Part shown: piece by piece, positions 49,812-60,091 of the stretch
Position numbering within the stretch: the first letter of the stretch is position 1
How the letters are laid out: the number at the start of each line of letters is the position of its first letter
From: an uncultured Chloroflexia bacterium
GTDB taxonomy: Bacteria; Chloroflexota; Anaerolineae; CG2-30-64-16
Assembly (NCBI GenBank): GCA_963774265.1
Contig: CAVZDU010000002.1
Coordinates: forward strand, 768,001 to 832,000
Direction of reading: 5' to 3'
Length of the DNA: 64,000 nt
Program-made: the position numbers and the translations under genes
The notes under the pieces: generated by a model
Seen by the model: the letters and a program-made list of their open reading frames with translations, nothing else
What the model was told of the DNA's origin: nothing
Database searches by the model: none

Positions 49812-50166
49812 AATCAAGTGACTCGCACCTGCGCCCTCGCAGAAGTGTTGCGGAGGCTACCGGCAGTCCGCTCTGCGCCTTGCGCTTAGTTCAATAGCCC
49901 TTATGAGAAAGCAAACACCCTTGCCCCCCCGGCGTACATCATCCAAGCCTCCACAAAGAGACCTTAGGGGAAGCTGACTGTGGGAGGCCTCGGAAGACGG
50001 ACTTCAAGGAATGCTTCGCTGCCAATGATGTATCCAGATCGACTCATGCCGCGATCCGCAGGACAATGAGCAGTGAGGTAGCCGTGGAGAACCAATCGCG
50101 CCGCATTCGGCCGGTGGTCACGAGCCAAAGCATATTGCACAAGGCCGGTGCGCGTCCGCCCACCAC

Positions 50167-50582
50167 CTACCCCCGCCGCCCCACGTACGGCACGTACAGG
50201 CTCCGGCTCGCCCGGCGCTTCACTTCCTCGCCCCGCCGATCGTAGCCCGCGGTCGTCGTCGGCGAGGAATGGCCCATCAGCTTCTGCACGGTCACCAGGT
50301 CGCTGCCGCGCCGTCGAACACGTACGCCACCCGGACCTTGTCGCCCTTGCCCCGGATGGTCAGGTCGCCCTCGTCCTCGCTCGTCGCGCGATAGTCGGCC
50401 AACTGCAGCCCCGCCAGCTCCGCGCGGCGTGCGCCGGTGGCTCAGACCAGGGCGATCAGGGCCGCGTCCCGCACGCCCGCGGTCTTCGGATCGCGCGCAC
50501 AGGCCGACAGGAGCGCCATCAGCTCGCCGGCTGACAGGTGCCGACCCTTCTGGCCGCGCTGCCCGCGCACGTCCCCGACCGG
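50167..50582 (-). pseudogene. Internally deleted near-identical copy of the 53503-54388 tyrosine recombinase, retaining the C-terminus
   Basis: Long near-identity to 53510-54040. Ends with DLVTVQKLMGHSSPTTTAGYDRR. Confidence 0.85.
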
Positions 50583-50676
50583 CGCAGCAGTAGTTGTAAT
50601 GGCCATTGGCGTGCTCGATGCACTCGAAGCTTGCCTCGCCCTTCGGGCATCCAGCGCCCGTCTCTGAGCAGAACAC

Positions 50677-50705
50677 TTGACTTGCCCATTAACTAAGCCT
50701 ATAAT
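50677..50705 (+). promoter_or_regulatory. Strong sigma70 promoter upstream of the cassette-like genes
   Basis: TTGACT, 17 bp, TATAAT. Confidence 0.65.
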
Positions 50706-51000
50706 ATTTTCAGTGCTACGGCTTCGTAGCCGGCCTTCTACTCCCGCCCGGCGGGCCCTTCGCTGCCCCTGGCCCGCCTGGCGAGCACCATCAACGGGCA
50801 CGAGGAGGTGGGCCCACAGTTACGGCCATCCACACGCATTCCCAGTTCTTCCGCTTTTGTTGTCCGACTGACTCAAGGGGATGAACCGCATGACCCGTCT
50901 TTTCATGCCGGCCATCTTGTTCCTGGCACTTTTCGCGTTGCCAGGCGCCGCGTTGGCCGCCCCCCCGGCCCTCTGCACGCCTTCAAGGAGGTCATGAACA

Positions 51001-51429
51001 ATGGAAGCCCTGAAATGGAAGACAAGAATCGCGGTACTGTGGCTCATAGCTGCTGAGGCCTTTTCGGCGCACATGATCCAGGTGACCATAGACCCGGTCA
51101 CTATGAAGAAGATGCTTGAATGGGGCGCGACGATACCCGCCGAAGGATGGCTATTTGGGGTAAGCTACTGGCTGATTCCTCTATGGATGGCATTCGTGAC
51201 AGTTGCCGTGAAAGGGCCGTCCAACCGCTGGGCGAACTTCGTACTGGGCATAATCGGTACGCTTCTCGGCACCTACCACTTCTTCATGTGTGGCGTGCCT
51301 TTGTCTTTTGTGCCGCCGGGTCCCGTGACAGAGCCAACTGTATATCACATACTGCTCCTGGCTACGGCACTTGTGGCGACAGTACTGATTACCTGGTATG
51401 CATGGAGGTGGCCCAAGCAAGAAGCGTGA
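51001..51429 (+). CDS. Small multi-pass membrane protein
   Basis: Four hydrophobic segments. RBS aaggagg. Confidence 0.75.
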   Translation: MEALKWKTRIAVLWLIAAEAFSAHMIQVTIDPVTMKKMLEWGATIPAEGWLFGVSYWLIPLWMAFVTVAVKGPSNRWANFVLGIIGTLLGTYHFFMCGVPLSFVPPGPVTEPTVYHILLLATALVATVLITWYAWRWPKQEA

Positions 51430-51485
51430 GCTATGAGCCTGTACACCTCGTCTTAAGCCAACACCAGATGGAAGGAGAAACAAAC

Positions 51486-51848
51486 ATGCATAGCGATCGA
51501 GAAGGTATCCCCATCATATTTCAGGCCGGTCCTGCCTATGGCCGGCAAATTGAATGGGGAGGCATGGATGGAGGTTTCTGGGCTTTTCCGGCAGGGTTTG
51601 ATTCCACCCCGTTATTCACAGGGCTGCCCTTCGGTTGCGAGTGTCCCCATTGGGGCTACTTGCTCAAGGGCAGAATGCGGGTGAAATATGCCGACCACGA
51701 AGAAGTCGTCACGGCAGGGGAAGCCTACTATCTGGCGCCGGGTCACCTCCCTGTGATGGAAGAAGATTGTGAGATGGTCGAATTCAGCCCCAAAGACGAA
51801 AGTCGGAAGATGCTGATGTTCGCCGGTCGTAGTATGGCGCCAAAGTAA
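51486..51848 (+). CDS. Cupin-domain protein
   Basis: CECPHWGYLLKG...EAYYLAPGHLP motif. RBS aaggag. Confidence 0.8.
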   Translation: MHSDREGIPIIFQAGPAYGRQIEWGGMDGGFWAFPAGFDSTPLFTGLPFGCECPHWGYLLKGRMRVKYADHEEVVTAGEAYYLAPGHLPVMEEDCEMVEFSPKDESRKMLMFAGRSMAPK

Positions 51849-52112
51849 CCCGGCGGTCCGAACACTCACTTGAAAAACCAGCTTTCTTGTCTTGCGGAAG
51901 CGTCGGACACGCTCTCGACGGCTCCCTGCGTGCTCGCGCTTAGTTCAATGCAGCATTAGAGGCAGCATACGCCCTTACCGCAGCCGCCTTACGTCATCCA
52001 GGTTTGCGCAGAGAGTACTTGGGGGAAGACAAGGGTGGTTCTCTATGCGCCACAGAATTCGGACATTCTTGTCAGCGCGATCCGTGAAGGCTTTCGCCAC
52101 AGAGGACTTGGA

Positions 52113-52631
52113 ATGGCCCTGCAAGTAGTCACCTCGCTCACACACTCCATCCGTCCCCTGACCCTCGCGTTCAATCGCAGCAGAGGGCTGTCACGGCTCG
52201 TCGCTCTGGTATCTCCAACTTGACCAGCATGCCTCCACGGCGCCCGTGCGGTGCACCAAGTTCTCGCACACGAAGGCCGGGATGCCGACCTGGCAGCGAT
52301 GATCGTTTGGGTCGAGATCCTGCCTGAAGACAGAGGGGCCGACGTCGAAGCTCTCGCGGGGGAGATGACCGATTCCCGGATCCGGTGGTTTCGCGATCCG
52401 TCGCGGCGCGCCGGTCGGGCCATCGCGGCTTCACTGGGCGCTACTGGCAAGGTTGCCTGGGATGTCTACCTCTTCTTCGATGCGGAAGCCGAATGGAAGA
52501 ACCGGCCTCCGATGCCTCGTCAATGGGTTCACCAGCTTGGTGACTCGTGGGCGGATTCGACGCGCCTCCGCTTCGGCGACCAGCTGGAACCGGAACTAAG
52601 GCGGCTTCTCAAGGACGTGCTCGGCCGGTGA
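52113..52631 (+). CDS. Candidate thioredoxin-fold selenoprotein (UxxC), in-frame TGA at 52221-52223
   Basis: Two ORF-track pieces in the same frame join as LVALVSPT-U-PACLHGARAV. A stem-loop lies just downstream of the TGA. Confidence 0.75.
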
Positions 52632-52700
52632 ATACCTGCCATCTGGCACAACTGGTATCAGGCAGCACCTTGAGATAGGCAAGATACTCAAAGGAGCGGC

Positions 52701-53279
52701 ATGGAACGGCCGCAACGCACACACAAAGGGGGAGGCATGGAAGAAGGGCTTCAACATGATTCGCGCGCAGAGGGTGCTAGGGGCAGCGGTGCCCGCGCCA
52801 AAGGACTGGTATTCGGGTTAATCGCAGGCCTGGTGGCTACAATCGTGATCGATCTGATCTTGATGGGATATTTGCTGTTAAAGGGGCAACGAGCCGATGA
52901 CGGGTTCGCCCTCATCGGAGATACGACGGCGGGTTTCTTTTCCTTGTTCGGCATAGACGCGGCCGGTGGCGTTCTGTCGGGCGTGGTATGGCACTATCTG
53001 ATCGGCCTTGCCTTGGGCGTCATCTTTGGCGTAGCCGTGACCCGTATTGATGCTCTTCTCCTGAACTCTTTGAAGAAGGGCGTGGGGCTTGGTATTCTGT
53101 ACGCAGAGGTCATAAGTGTGCCGCTCCTTGTGATGCCGCCCATCATCTTGAAATGGACGGCATCTGCCGTGCTACAGTTGTTGGAATTCTACTTTTTCAT
53201 GCACGCGATGTGGGGCATGCTACTTGGGTTAATCGTGAGCTACGGTCTGCGTTCTGCAAGGGCGGCCCGGCAAGGATGA
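52701..53279 (+). CDS. Multi-pass membrane protein
   Basis: GLIAGLVAT and HAMWG hydrophobic helices. Confidence 0.75.
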   Translation: MERPQRTHKGGGMEEGLQHDSRAEGARGSGARAKGLVFGLIAGLVATIVIDLILMGYLLLKGQRADDGFALIGDTTAGFFSLFGIDAAGGVLSGVVWHYLIGLALGVIFGVAVTRIDALLLNSLKKGVGLGILYAEVISVPLLVMPPIILKWTASAVLQLLEFYFFMHAMWGMLLGLIVSYGLRSARAARQG

Positions 53280-53315
53280 TTCGGAACACCGAAGGCTGCT
53301 TCACTTGGAAGTGCT

Positions 53316-53414
53316 GCCTGACTACTCACCGGAGCCGACCCGGCCAGTCAGATCCTGGCTCCGGCACGACACCAGCCTTGGCTGGCCGGGCGGCTCAGTT
53401 CGACGCCGTTGGGC
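53316..53414 (+). repeat. attC-like site
   Basis: GCCTGAC ... gagccgacccggccag pairs with ctggccgggcggctc ... GTTGGGC. An RBS and ATG of a truncated next gene follow directly. Confidence 0.7.
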
Positions 53415-53502
53415 ATGACAGGAGGTAGGGAGAATGCAGTCTGAATACGGAATTGCGGCCCAGCGCAGCAGGCGCCCGATACTCGGCGTGCTCTCATTCG
53501 TC

Positions 53503-54388
53503 TCGGCGAGGAATGGCCCATCAGCTTCTGCACGGTCACCAGGCCGCTGCCGTTGTCGAGCAGATTGCCGGCGAACGTCCTCCGGAAGTCGGGCCATGTG
53601 AGCGGCCGCAGCCCGGCCTCCTCCCGCCGCTTCTCCAGGACCTCGGCCAGCGCCGCGCCGCTCAGCCCCTGCCCCGCCAGCCGCCGATCGCCCTTGTTGA
53701 TCGCCTCGAACAGCGGCCCCGACGACGGCCCGCGCACCGCCAGCCAGTCGACCAGGTACGCCGCCGCGCCGTCAAAGACGTACGCCACCCGGACCTTGTC
53801 GCCCTTGCCCCGGATGGTCAGGTCGCCCTCGTCCTCGCTCGTCGCCCGATAGTCGGCCAGCTGCAGCCCAGCCAACTCCGCGCGCCGCGCACCGGTGGCC
53901 CAGGCCAGGGCGATCAGGGCCGCGTCCCGCACGCCCGCGGTCTTCGGATCGCGCGCACAGGCCGACAGGAGCGCCATCAGCTCGCCGGCCGACAGATGTC
54001 GGCCCTTCTGGCCGCGCTGCCCGCGCACGTCGCCAACCGCCGCAATGCGCGCCGACTGCTCGACGATCTCGCGCCGCACGTCGGCAGGGAGCAATGGATC
54101 CTCCTGCGCCAGGTCCGCCAGGCGCCGGGCCCACCAGCGCACCGCCGCCAGCTTGCGGTTGATCGTCGTCGGCGAGCGGCCCAGATCCTGCAACTCGGCG
54201 GCGTGGGCCTCGACGAGGAGCCGGGTCAGCGGCCGGCCGGCGCGCCAGGCTTCGAAGGCGGCGAGATCGGCCAGGTAGCGCCGGCGGGTGTTGGGCGATT
54301 TGAGGCGCGGGTCGCGGGCGAGTTCGGCCGCGATGCGGGCGAGGGTGTCGTTCGACGAGGAGCGGGCGGGCAGCAGGGCGGCGTCCAT
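53503..54388 (-). pseudogene. Tyrosine recombinase (SAM-like N-domain + catalytic domain), inactivated
   Basis: RDAAL..TGARRAEL and GKGDK present. HxxR box reads PDFRR. Truncated after GHSSP, so the catalytic Tyr is missing. Confidence 0.85.
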
Positions 54389-54425
54389 GAGCACCTCGGA
54401 CAGAAGGCTGATAGATTGCGTCAAC

Positions 54426-54497
54426 TTGGATTTCTACAACTATCGGCGGCTCCATCAGGCGCCGGACTACGAAACGCCAGCTGCCCGCTACCATAGT
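54426..54497 (+). pseudogene. IS3-family transposase C-terminal remnant
   Basis: DFYNYRRLHQAPDYETPAARY. Confidence 0.6.
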
Positions 54498-54680
54498 CAA
54501 TCGGCCAAGTGTGCCTCTGATCTGCTTGCACCAGCTACATGACACGAGTCATTGCATCGAGCATTGGCGCATAGTAGTCTGTTGCATAATTGCATAATCG
54601 TGCCGGTGTTCGCCTGATTGCGCCACCACTCGCTAATGGACGGATCGCCGTCGGCTGTCTTTAGCAGCAAGAGGTGTCAA

Positions 54681-56609
54681 ATGAAGCCACCAGCGCTCAT
54701 ACTCCTTCCACTCGTTGTGCTCACGTCTCTGGTTCTCTTGGCTGCGGGCACACGGTCAGATGCCGAAGCGTTGTTTGTACGGCGCTATGTTGCTGCTCGG
54801 CTTGCCTCCCCGCCTGCCCCCTACTTGGAATACCGCATGTACGGAGGCTCAGTTGTGACAGATTCGGTCATGCCGCCGGTTCTGCCTAGTGGACGCGTGG
54901 ATTACGGAGCGGTCTTTGCACGTCATGACTTGTGCGCGCTAGCGACCGGAGGGCAGATCGATGAGGTTTGGATATGGGCGGGCAATGGTGATGGTGTGAG
55001 CAAAGGTCACATGTGGGAATGGACCACCTCGGGAGCCGACTGGTACGGTGATGCGCCAGACTGTGGCAAAGTACTCACCACGATGACCTTCAACTACCTG
55101 CGCGAAGTAGATGTAGCGCTCGAGAGCTTCAACCATCGACTGGAAGGTTTTTTCAGTCACTACTTTCCCTGCGACCTGTCTACGGCCACTTGGCCCTGGA
55201 CCGGTAGCACAGTGTGGCCCTTCAGTTCGTGCGGCAGCCTGTTAAGCGACAGGTATGGCTTTGTTGCCCGTCCCTTCTCGGGCAATGGCTATGTTGCTGG
55301 TTGTGGCGACGCCCACCATCCACCAAATATACTGACAGACGCAAGTTACGTTTACAACGATGCCAGCACGGTACAGACTATCTGCCCAACATGGAGTCAG
55401 GACGGCTCTGCCACACCAACCACCGTTAACTGCCAAGCCTGGGGATGTTCGCACTGGGGCTTTCATATCTGGTGGATGCAGAATGTGCCCGGCCTCAACA
55501 ATATCAACAGAGATCGAAGCGGTGGCCAACAGCGGAACTGGTGGTCCTATCTCTTTGGCCCCCCACCGTGGCCTTACACGGAGTACCTCCCACTTACATT
55601 GAATCGGCACACCGGCGGTGCAACGAGCGTCCCAAGCCGGCCCGTTTCTGCAAAACCGGTACCCGACCGTCAACTTGCCACAGAGCCGGCTCGACAATAT
55701 TCAGCCCGCATTAGCCCAAGCGCAGCAGTAGACAAGCCGGCGTTGCACTCCGGTTCCACATTGTCCTCGCTACCAGCGGTCACAACCCGCACCGTCTACG
55801 TGCTTTACTACCCGGGTTACGGCGGGACGCCGCGGGCTGATATAGGTCTGCTTACCAACGAGTTGATCGGCTTGCTAAAGGAAGCAGCAGTCTACCATGG
55901 CTACGAATACGACACGATTAGAGGCAGCTTCCTAGGCCAAGATGGAAGAAGCTATGCTGGACGTGACTGTGCTTCGGGCAACGCCCCAGATAACATCCAC
56001 ATCCATCTAGAGGGCCTGCGGTCTGGGGTAGCGGCGACAGGGTATCGCATCGAAGACCCAGCAGGAGGCGGTCTATGGGCCACGCCCTGCACCGGTCAGT
56101 CTGGTTGGCTGCTCTATGTCGTTGGGGGGACCGACGGCCAGGCAGAGTTGTACATCAAGCCGTTCCGGGACGCTCCAGATGGCACCAACTACGTGGTTAC
56201 AGTACAATACGACGACGGGAGCAGCGACTCGATTACGCTTGTCGGCTCGGCTGTCCAGACCCTTGTGGCGAGTTTCATCGGCCAGGATGGCGCTAGTTAT
56301 GCTGGTCAAGGATGCGCAGTCGGCACGAATCCGGACAATGTCCACATTCGCCTCTATGGTCTTAAGGGTGGGGCCCAACCGGTGAGTTATAGGGTGGATG
56401 ATTTCGCGGGTGGTGGAGTGTGGGCAACTCCATGCAACCCAGTCTCAAATTGGATGCTTTACGTCGGGCTCGCTCAGCCCGATCGAGCAGACCTCTACTT
56501 CAAGCCGTTCCGCGACGCCCCTTCCGGCACAATTTACACCGTGACCGTTCGCTATGGCGACGGATCGAGCCAGATCGTAAGTGTTACGGGGAATCGAGTG
56601 GTTCCATAG
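54681..56609 (+). CDS. Secreted multidomain protein (putative metallopeptidase-like domain + two tandem ~115-aa beta domains)
   Basis: Signal peptide, ESFNHRLE, internal YLPL motif and duplicated SFxGQDGxSYAG..PDNxHI..KPFRDAP units. Confidence 0.7.
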   Translation: MKPPALILLPLVVLTSLVLLAAGTRSDAEALFVRRYVAARLASPPAPYLEYRMYGGSVVTDSVMPPVLPSGRVDYGAVFARHDLCALATGGQIDEVWIWAGNGDGVSKGHMWEWTTSGADWYGDAPDCGKVLTTMTFNYLREVDVALESFNHRLEGFFSHYFPCDLSTATWPWTGSTVWPFSSCGSLLSDRYGFVARPFSGNGYVAGCGDAHHPPNILTDASYVYNDASTVQTICPTWSQDGSATPTTVNCQAWGCSHWGFHIWWMQNVPGLNNINRDRSGGQQRNWWSYLFGPPPWPYTEYLPLTLNRHTGGATSVPSRPVSAKPVPDRQLATEPARQYSARISPSAAVDKPALHSGSTLSSLPAVTTRTVYVLYYPGYGGTPRADIGLLTNELIGLLKEAAVYHGYEYDTIRGSFLGQDGRSYAGRDCASGNAPDNIHIHLEGLRSGVAATGYRIEDPAGGGLWATPCTGQSGWLLYVVGGTDGQAELYIKPFRDAPDGTNYVVTVQYDDGSSDSITLVGSAVQTLVASFIGQDGASYAGQGCAVGTNPDNVHIRLYGLKGGAQPVSYRVDDFAGGGVWATPCNPVSNWMLYVGLAQPDRADLYFKPFRDAPSGTIYTVTVRYGDGSSQIVSVTGNRVVP

Positions 56610-56799
56610 TTTGACAGGGCAAGCATGCGCCACAGCGCGCGCTCCACTCTTGGATTCCATAGTGTAACGGGGCCGAATTGTTAGGCAGCAGACTTGGTGC
56701 CTTCGTCCGACTACACCGTTGCGAGTTGCGGGGATGCCGAACTCGATACTATCAAGACGTCGCGTACCCCAGTAACCAGCCTATAGCAGGCCGAGACGT

Positions 56800-56935
56800 G
56801 TCGAGTCAGCGGGGGTATGACGTATTTGCCGCTCAGGTCGAACGTCTCGTCATTCTTCGCGGGCCTTTGGCTGCGGAAGACGCCGCCTTCTGAATACATG
56901 GTCTTTTCGACGAATGTCCAGCCGCTCGTTGTCAT
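56800..56935 (-). pseudogene. Amidohydrolase N-terminal remnant
   Basis: ETFDLSGKYVIPP motif only. Confidence 0.35.
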
Positions 56936-56966
56936 TGCATTGATCTGGTCAGTCTGGACTGCGGTT

Positions 56967-58493
56967 CTACTTTTTCTTTCCGGGCACGTAGTCCAGTGGC
57001 GCGCCAGCCGGGATCAACGGTTCGCGCTTGACGCTCTCCTGGAACTGCTTCAGGAGCTGGCCGACCGGTCCCATGACCCAGGTGTGCGCATACTGCGCAT
57101 TTACCGGCTCCCGCTCTTTGGGATCGGTGATCAGGTTGATGACGTGCGGGGTACCGAGCGGCAGAGCAGCATCGAACAAGTACCGCTGCCGGACGAACAG
57201 CACCTTGAAGTTCCGCCACTTGACACCGTGCAGGCGTTCTCCTACCCAGACCAGGCAGCCTTCGCGGTTCGAGTTCCCCTGGCGTCCGAGGAAGAACGAT
57301 CTTTGATCGATGCCGTCGATTACCCGATCTTGCGGCACCTCGCACTCGGCCCACCCAAGCAGCGTCGGGAACATGTCCACCTGGTGCACCAGCTCATTGC
57401 TTGTGCCTCCGGCGGGCACCTGGCCGGGCCAGCGGATCAGGCAGGGCGTACGCAGGCCCCCCTCCGACGAAGTGAAGTAGGAACCTTCGAAGACGCCCGG
57501 CGATCCCCGGTAGAGGAGCATTTCCTCCGGCCCGTTGTCGCCGGCAAAGATGACAATCGTGTTGTCTGTGATCCCACTGCTCTCCACAAAGTCAAGGATT
57601 TCTCCAAGGTCCTGGTCCAGTTGCAGCAGGCAATCCGCGGCATCGCCATTGCGGCTCTTCCCCTTGAATGCTTCACGGGGAACCAGCGGCCAGTGCATCA
57701 GCGGGTGATTGTAGTACAGGAAGAACGGCCGGCCTGCATCCACACCCCGTTGCATGAAGTCGAAAGCCCGCCGTTTGTACTCCTGGTTGACATCGCGTTT
57801 GAGGGCAACGGTGAGCTGCTGATCTCGGCGCTCCCGGACCGGCTCTCCTTTGCGTCCCTCCAGCATGTAGGCGGCAGGCGCGACCTGTGGGTCGTACCAG
57901 GGATCATCCGGCCACAAGCACTCGTCATAGCTGCGGGGTGGGCCGTACCACTCGTCAAAGCCGTGGTCCGTCGGCCAGCGCCCCTGCTCAGCGCCGATGT
58001 GCCACTTCCCGAAGCATGCCGTGGCGTAGCCGGCCGCGGAGAGCACCTCGGCCATCGTCCGTTCCCAGGCCACGATACCCCCTGCGTCGCCGCCCATCGT
58101 CGCCGTGTGGGTGCCGCTGCGGATCGCGTGGCGACCCGTCATCAGGGCCGACCGGGATGGCGAACACTGCGGCTCAGCGACGTAGTGCCAGAGCTGCAAG
58201 CCTTCTCGCGCGAACTGGTCAATCCGCCTGGTCTCTGCACCGCGAACCTTGCCTCCGCCGTAACAGCCCAATTCACCCAGGCCCAGGTTGTCAACGTGGA
58301 AATAGATGATGTTGGGTTTGAGAGACATGTTCGATTCTCCTTTGCTCTCGCCGGCAAGCGCCCGTGAGCGGCCAGGTAGAATGCTGGCGGCGCTGGCTGC
58401 GGCCGCTCCCAGCGCGGCGGACTTGAGAAACGTACGCCGCGTCATCCCGCCTTCGGGGTCCCGACTGCTGTTTCCCTTCACCCGTTGGCTCAT
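56967..58493 (-). CDS. Tat-exported Cys-type arylsulfatase
   Basis: TRRTFLK signal, PNII, CSPSRSALMTGR, GKWH and DNG motifs. Confidence 0.93.
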   Translation of the reverse strand: MSQRVKGNSSRDPEGGMTRRTFLKSAALGAAAASAASILPGRSRALAGESKGESNMSLKPNIIYFHVDNLGLGELGCYGGGKVRGAETRRIDQFAREGLQLWHYVAEPQCSPSRSALMTGRHAIRSGTHTATMGGDAGGIVAWERTMAEVLSAAGYATACFGKWHIGAEQGRWPTDHGFDEWYGPPRSYDECLWPDDPWYDPQVAPAAYMLEGRKGEPVRERRDQQLTVALKRDVNQEYKRRAFDFMQRGVDAGRPFFLYYNHPLMHWPLVPREAFKGKSRNGDAADCLLQLDQDLGEILDFVESSGITDNTIVIFAGDNGPEEMLLYRGSPGVFEGSYFTSSEGGLRTPCLIRWPGQVPAGGTSNELVHQVDMFPTLLGWAECEVPQDRVIDGIDQRSFFLGRQGNSNREGCLVWVGERLHGVKWRNFKVLFVRQRYLFDAALPLGTPHVINLITDPKEREPVNAQYAHTWVMGPVGQLLKQFQESVKREPLIPAGAPLDYVPGKKK

Positions 58494-58568
58494 GGTTGGA
58501 GACCTCCTTTCACCCTGGGTGTCCCTGACACACCTGCGTCATCCGCAGGTGGCGTGAACGCTGCAGCA

Positions 58569-59945
58569 TCAGCTGCGGGCTGGGCTCAGCGACCCGTGAC
58601 AGCGCTTCCATTTCTTTCCGCTGCCGCAGGTGCACGGCGCATTGCGCGACCGGCGTTGATCTTCGGCGGCATAGAGGCCCATGAGCTCGGCGGGAGCTCG
58701 GCGCTCGCGCAGGAGCTGCGCCATCGCATCCATCGGCCGTCGCACGTGTGTGAAGAACGCCTTGTAGCCGGGGCAGAGGTACTGCTGCCCCGGCTCACCG
58801 TACGGCGAGATCGCAAACCGGTCTTTCGGGCAACCGCCGTGGCAGGCGAACCGCACATCACAGTCGCGGCAGGTGGTCGTCAGCGTGTCACGTTTGTCGC
58901 GCCCGAAACTGCGCTGTCGCGGGAGGTTGGCTAGCTCCAGCATGTGCCTTTCCATGATGTTGCCGAGGAGGTAGCCGGGTTCGACATAGTGGTCGCAGGC
59001 GTAGAGGTCGCCGTTGTGTTCGAGCACGAGCTGCTGCCCGCACGTCTCAGCGAAGAAGCACAGCCCCCCGGGCTCGCGGCAGAAGTTCGCCAGGCTGGAG
59101 TCGAACATCTGCACGTAGACCGCGCCGATGTCGTGACGGACCCATTCCTCGAACACGTCGATCATGAACCGGCCGAACTGCTCGGGCCCGACCGAGCGCC
59201 GCGTGACCTGTGTGCCCTGTTGGGTGTACAGCGGGCGACCCGAAGGCTCGCCGCGACCCCAGCCGGCGTCCGCGATCTCGAGCGTCTCGGGAGTCGCCCG
59301 CTCGACGATCGGGATGAATTGGATGAATGTCGCGGCCAGCTCGTCCCGGAGGAAACGGTACACTGCGCCGCCGTGGTCCCCGTTGACCGCGTGGACGGTC
59401 GTCAGCACGTTCCAGTCGACGTGGTGCTTCTTCAGGACGTCCAGGCCGTGGATCACCCGGTCGAACGTTGGCCTGCCACCCTTGTCGACACGGTAGGCAT
59501 CGTGCATGTGCGGTGGGCCGTCGATGGAAATGCCGACGAGGAACCCGTTCTCCTTCAGAAACCGGCCCCAGTCGTCGGTGAGCAGTGTGCCGTTCGTCTG
59601 CAAAGTGTTGAGAATCCGCTGCCACGGCCGAGCGTACCGGCGTTCGAGTTCGATCGACCGGCGGAAGAAGTCCAGGCCCATCATCGTCGGCTCGCCGCCC
59701 TGCCAGGGCACGACGACTTCGGGCGTCCGCGCGTGCACCTCCAGCAACTGCCGGATGTAGGCCTCCTGCACCTTCTCGGTCATGCGGAGGACGCTGTCGG
59801 GGTAGAGGTGTTCCTTTGAGAGGAAGAAGCAGTACTGGCAGTCCAAGTTGCACGTCGCACCGGTGGGCTTCGCCATAACGTGGAAAGCCGGGGGAGCATC
59901 CCGCACGGTCAGAACCGGTGCGGCTGGGTGCATGTCAGCGTCCAT
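58569..59945 (-). CDS. Anaerobic sulfatase maturase (radical SAM/SPASM, SEC-C tail)
   Basis: CNLDCQYC, WQGGEP, YACDH, CHGGCPK and CTCGSGKKWKRCHG motifs. Confidence 0.93.
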   Translation of the reverse strand: MDADMHPAAPVLTVRDAPPAFHVMAKPTGATCNLDCQYCFFLSKEHLYPDSVLRMTEKVQEAYIRQLLEVHARTPEVVVPWQGGEPTMMGLDFFRRSIELERRYARPWQRILNTLQTNGTLLTDDWGRFLKENGFLVGISIDGPPHMHDAYRVDKGGRPTFDRVIHGLDVLKKHHVDWNVLTTVHAVNGDHGGAVYRFLRDELAATFIQFIPIVERATPETLEIADAGWGRGEPSGRPLYTQQGTQVTRRSVGPEQFGRFMIDVFEEWVRHDIGAVYVQMFDSSLANFCREPGGLCFFAETCGQQLVLEHNGDLYACDHYVEPGYLLGNIMERHMLELANLPRQRSFGRDKRDTLTTTCRDCDVRFACHGGCPKDRFAISPYGEPGQQYLCPGYKAFFTHVRRPMDAMAQLLRERRAPAELMGLYAAEDQRRSRNAPCTCGSGKKWKRCHGSLSPARS

Positions 59946-60091
59946 GAGGCTGCAACCTTTATGATCAATGGTCTGGTCGAACCCGCGCATCCAGCGTACG
60001 GGGTTGGAGCGTCGACTGCCGAGAGAAAGACCATAGTGCGTCTGAGCGGACGATCCAATTTTAGCATATGCTCGTGACGATTTCAAGGGCG

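Noticed and set aside
53503-54388. Integron integrase IntI
   Set aside because: No IntI-specific insertion is evident between the catalytic boxes, and the gene is inactivated.
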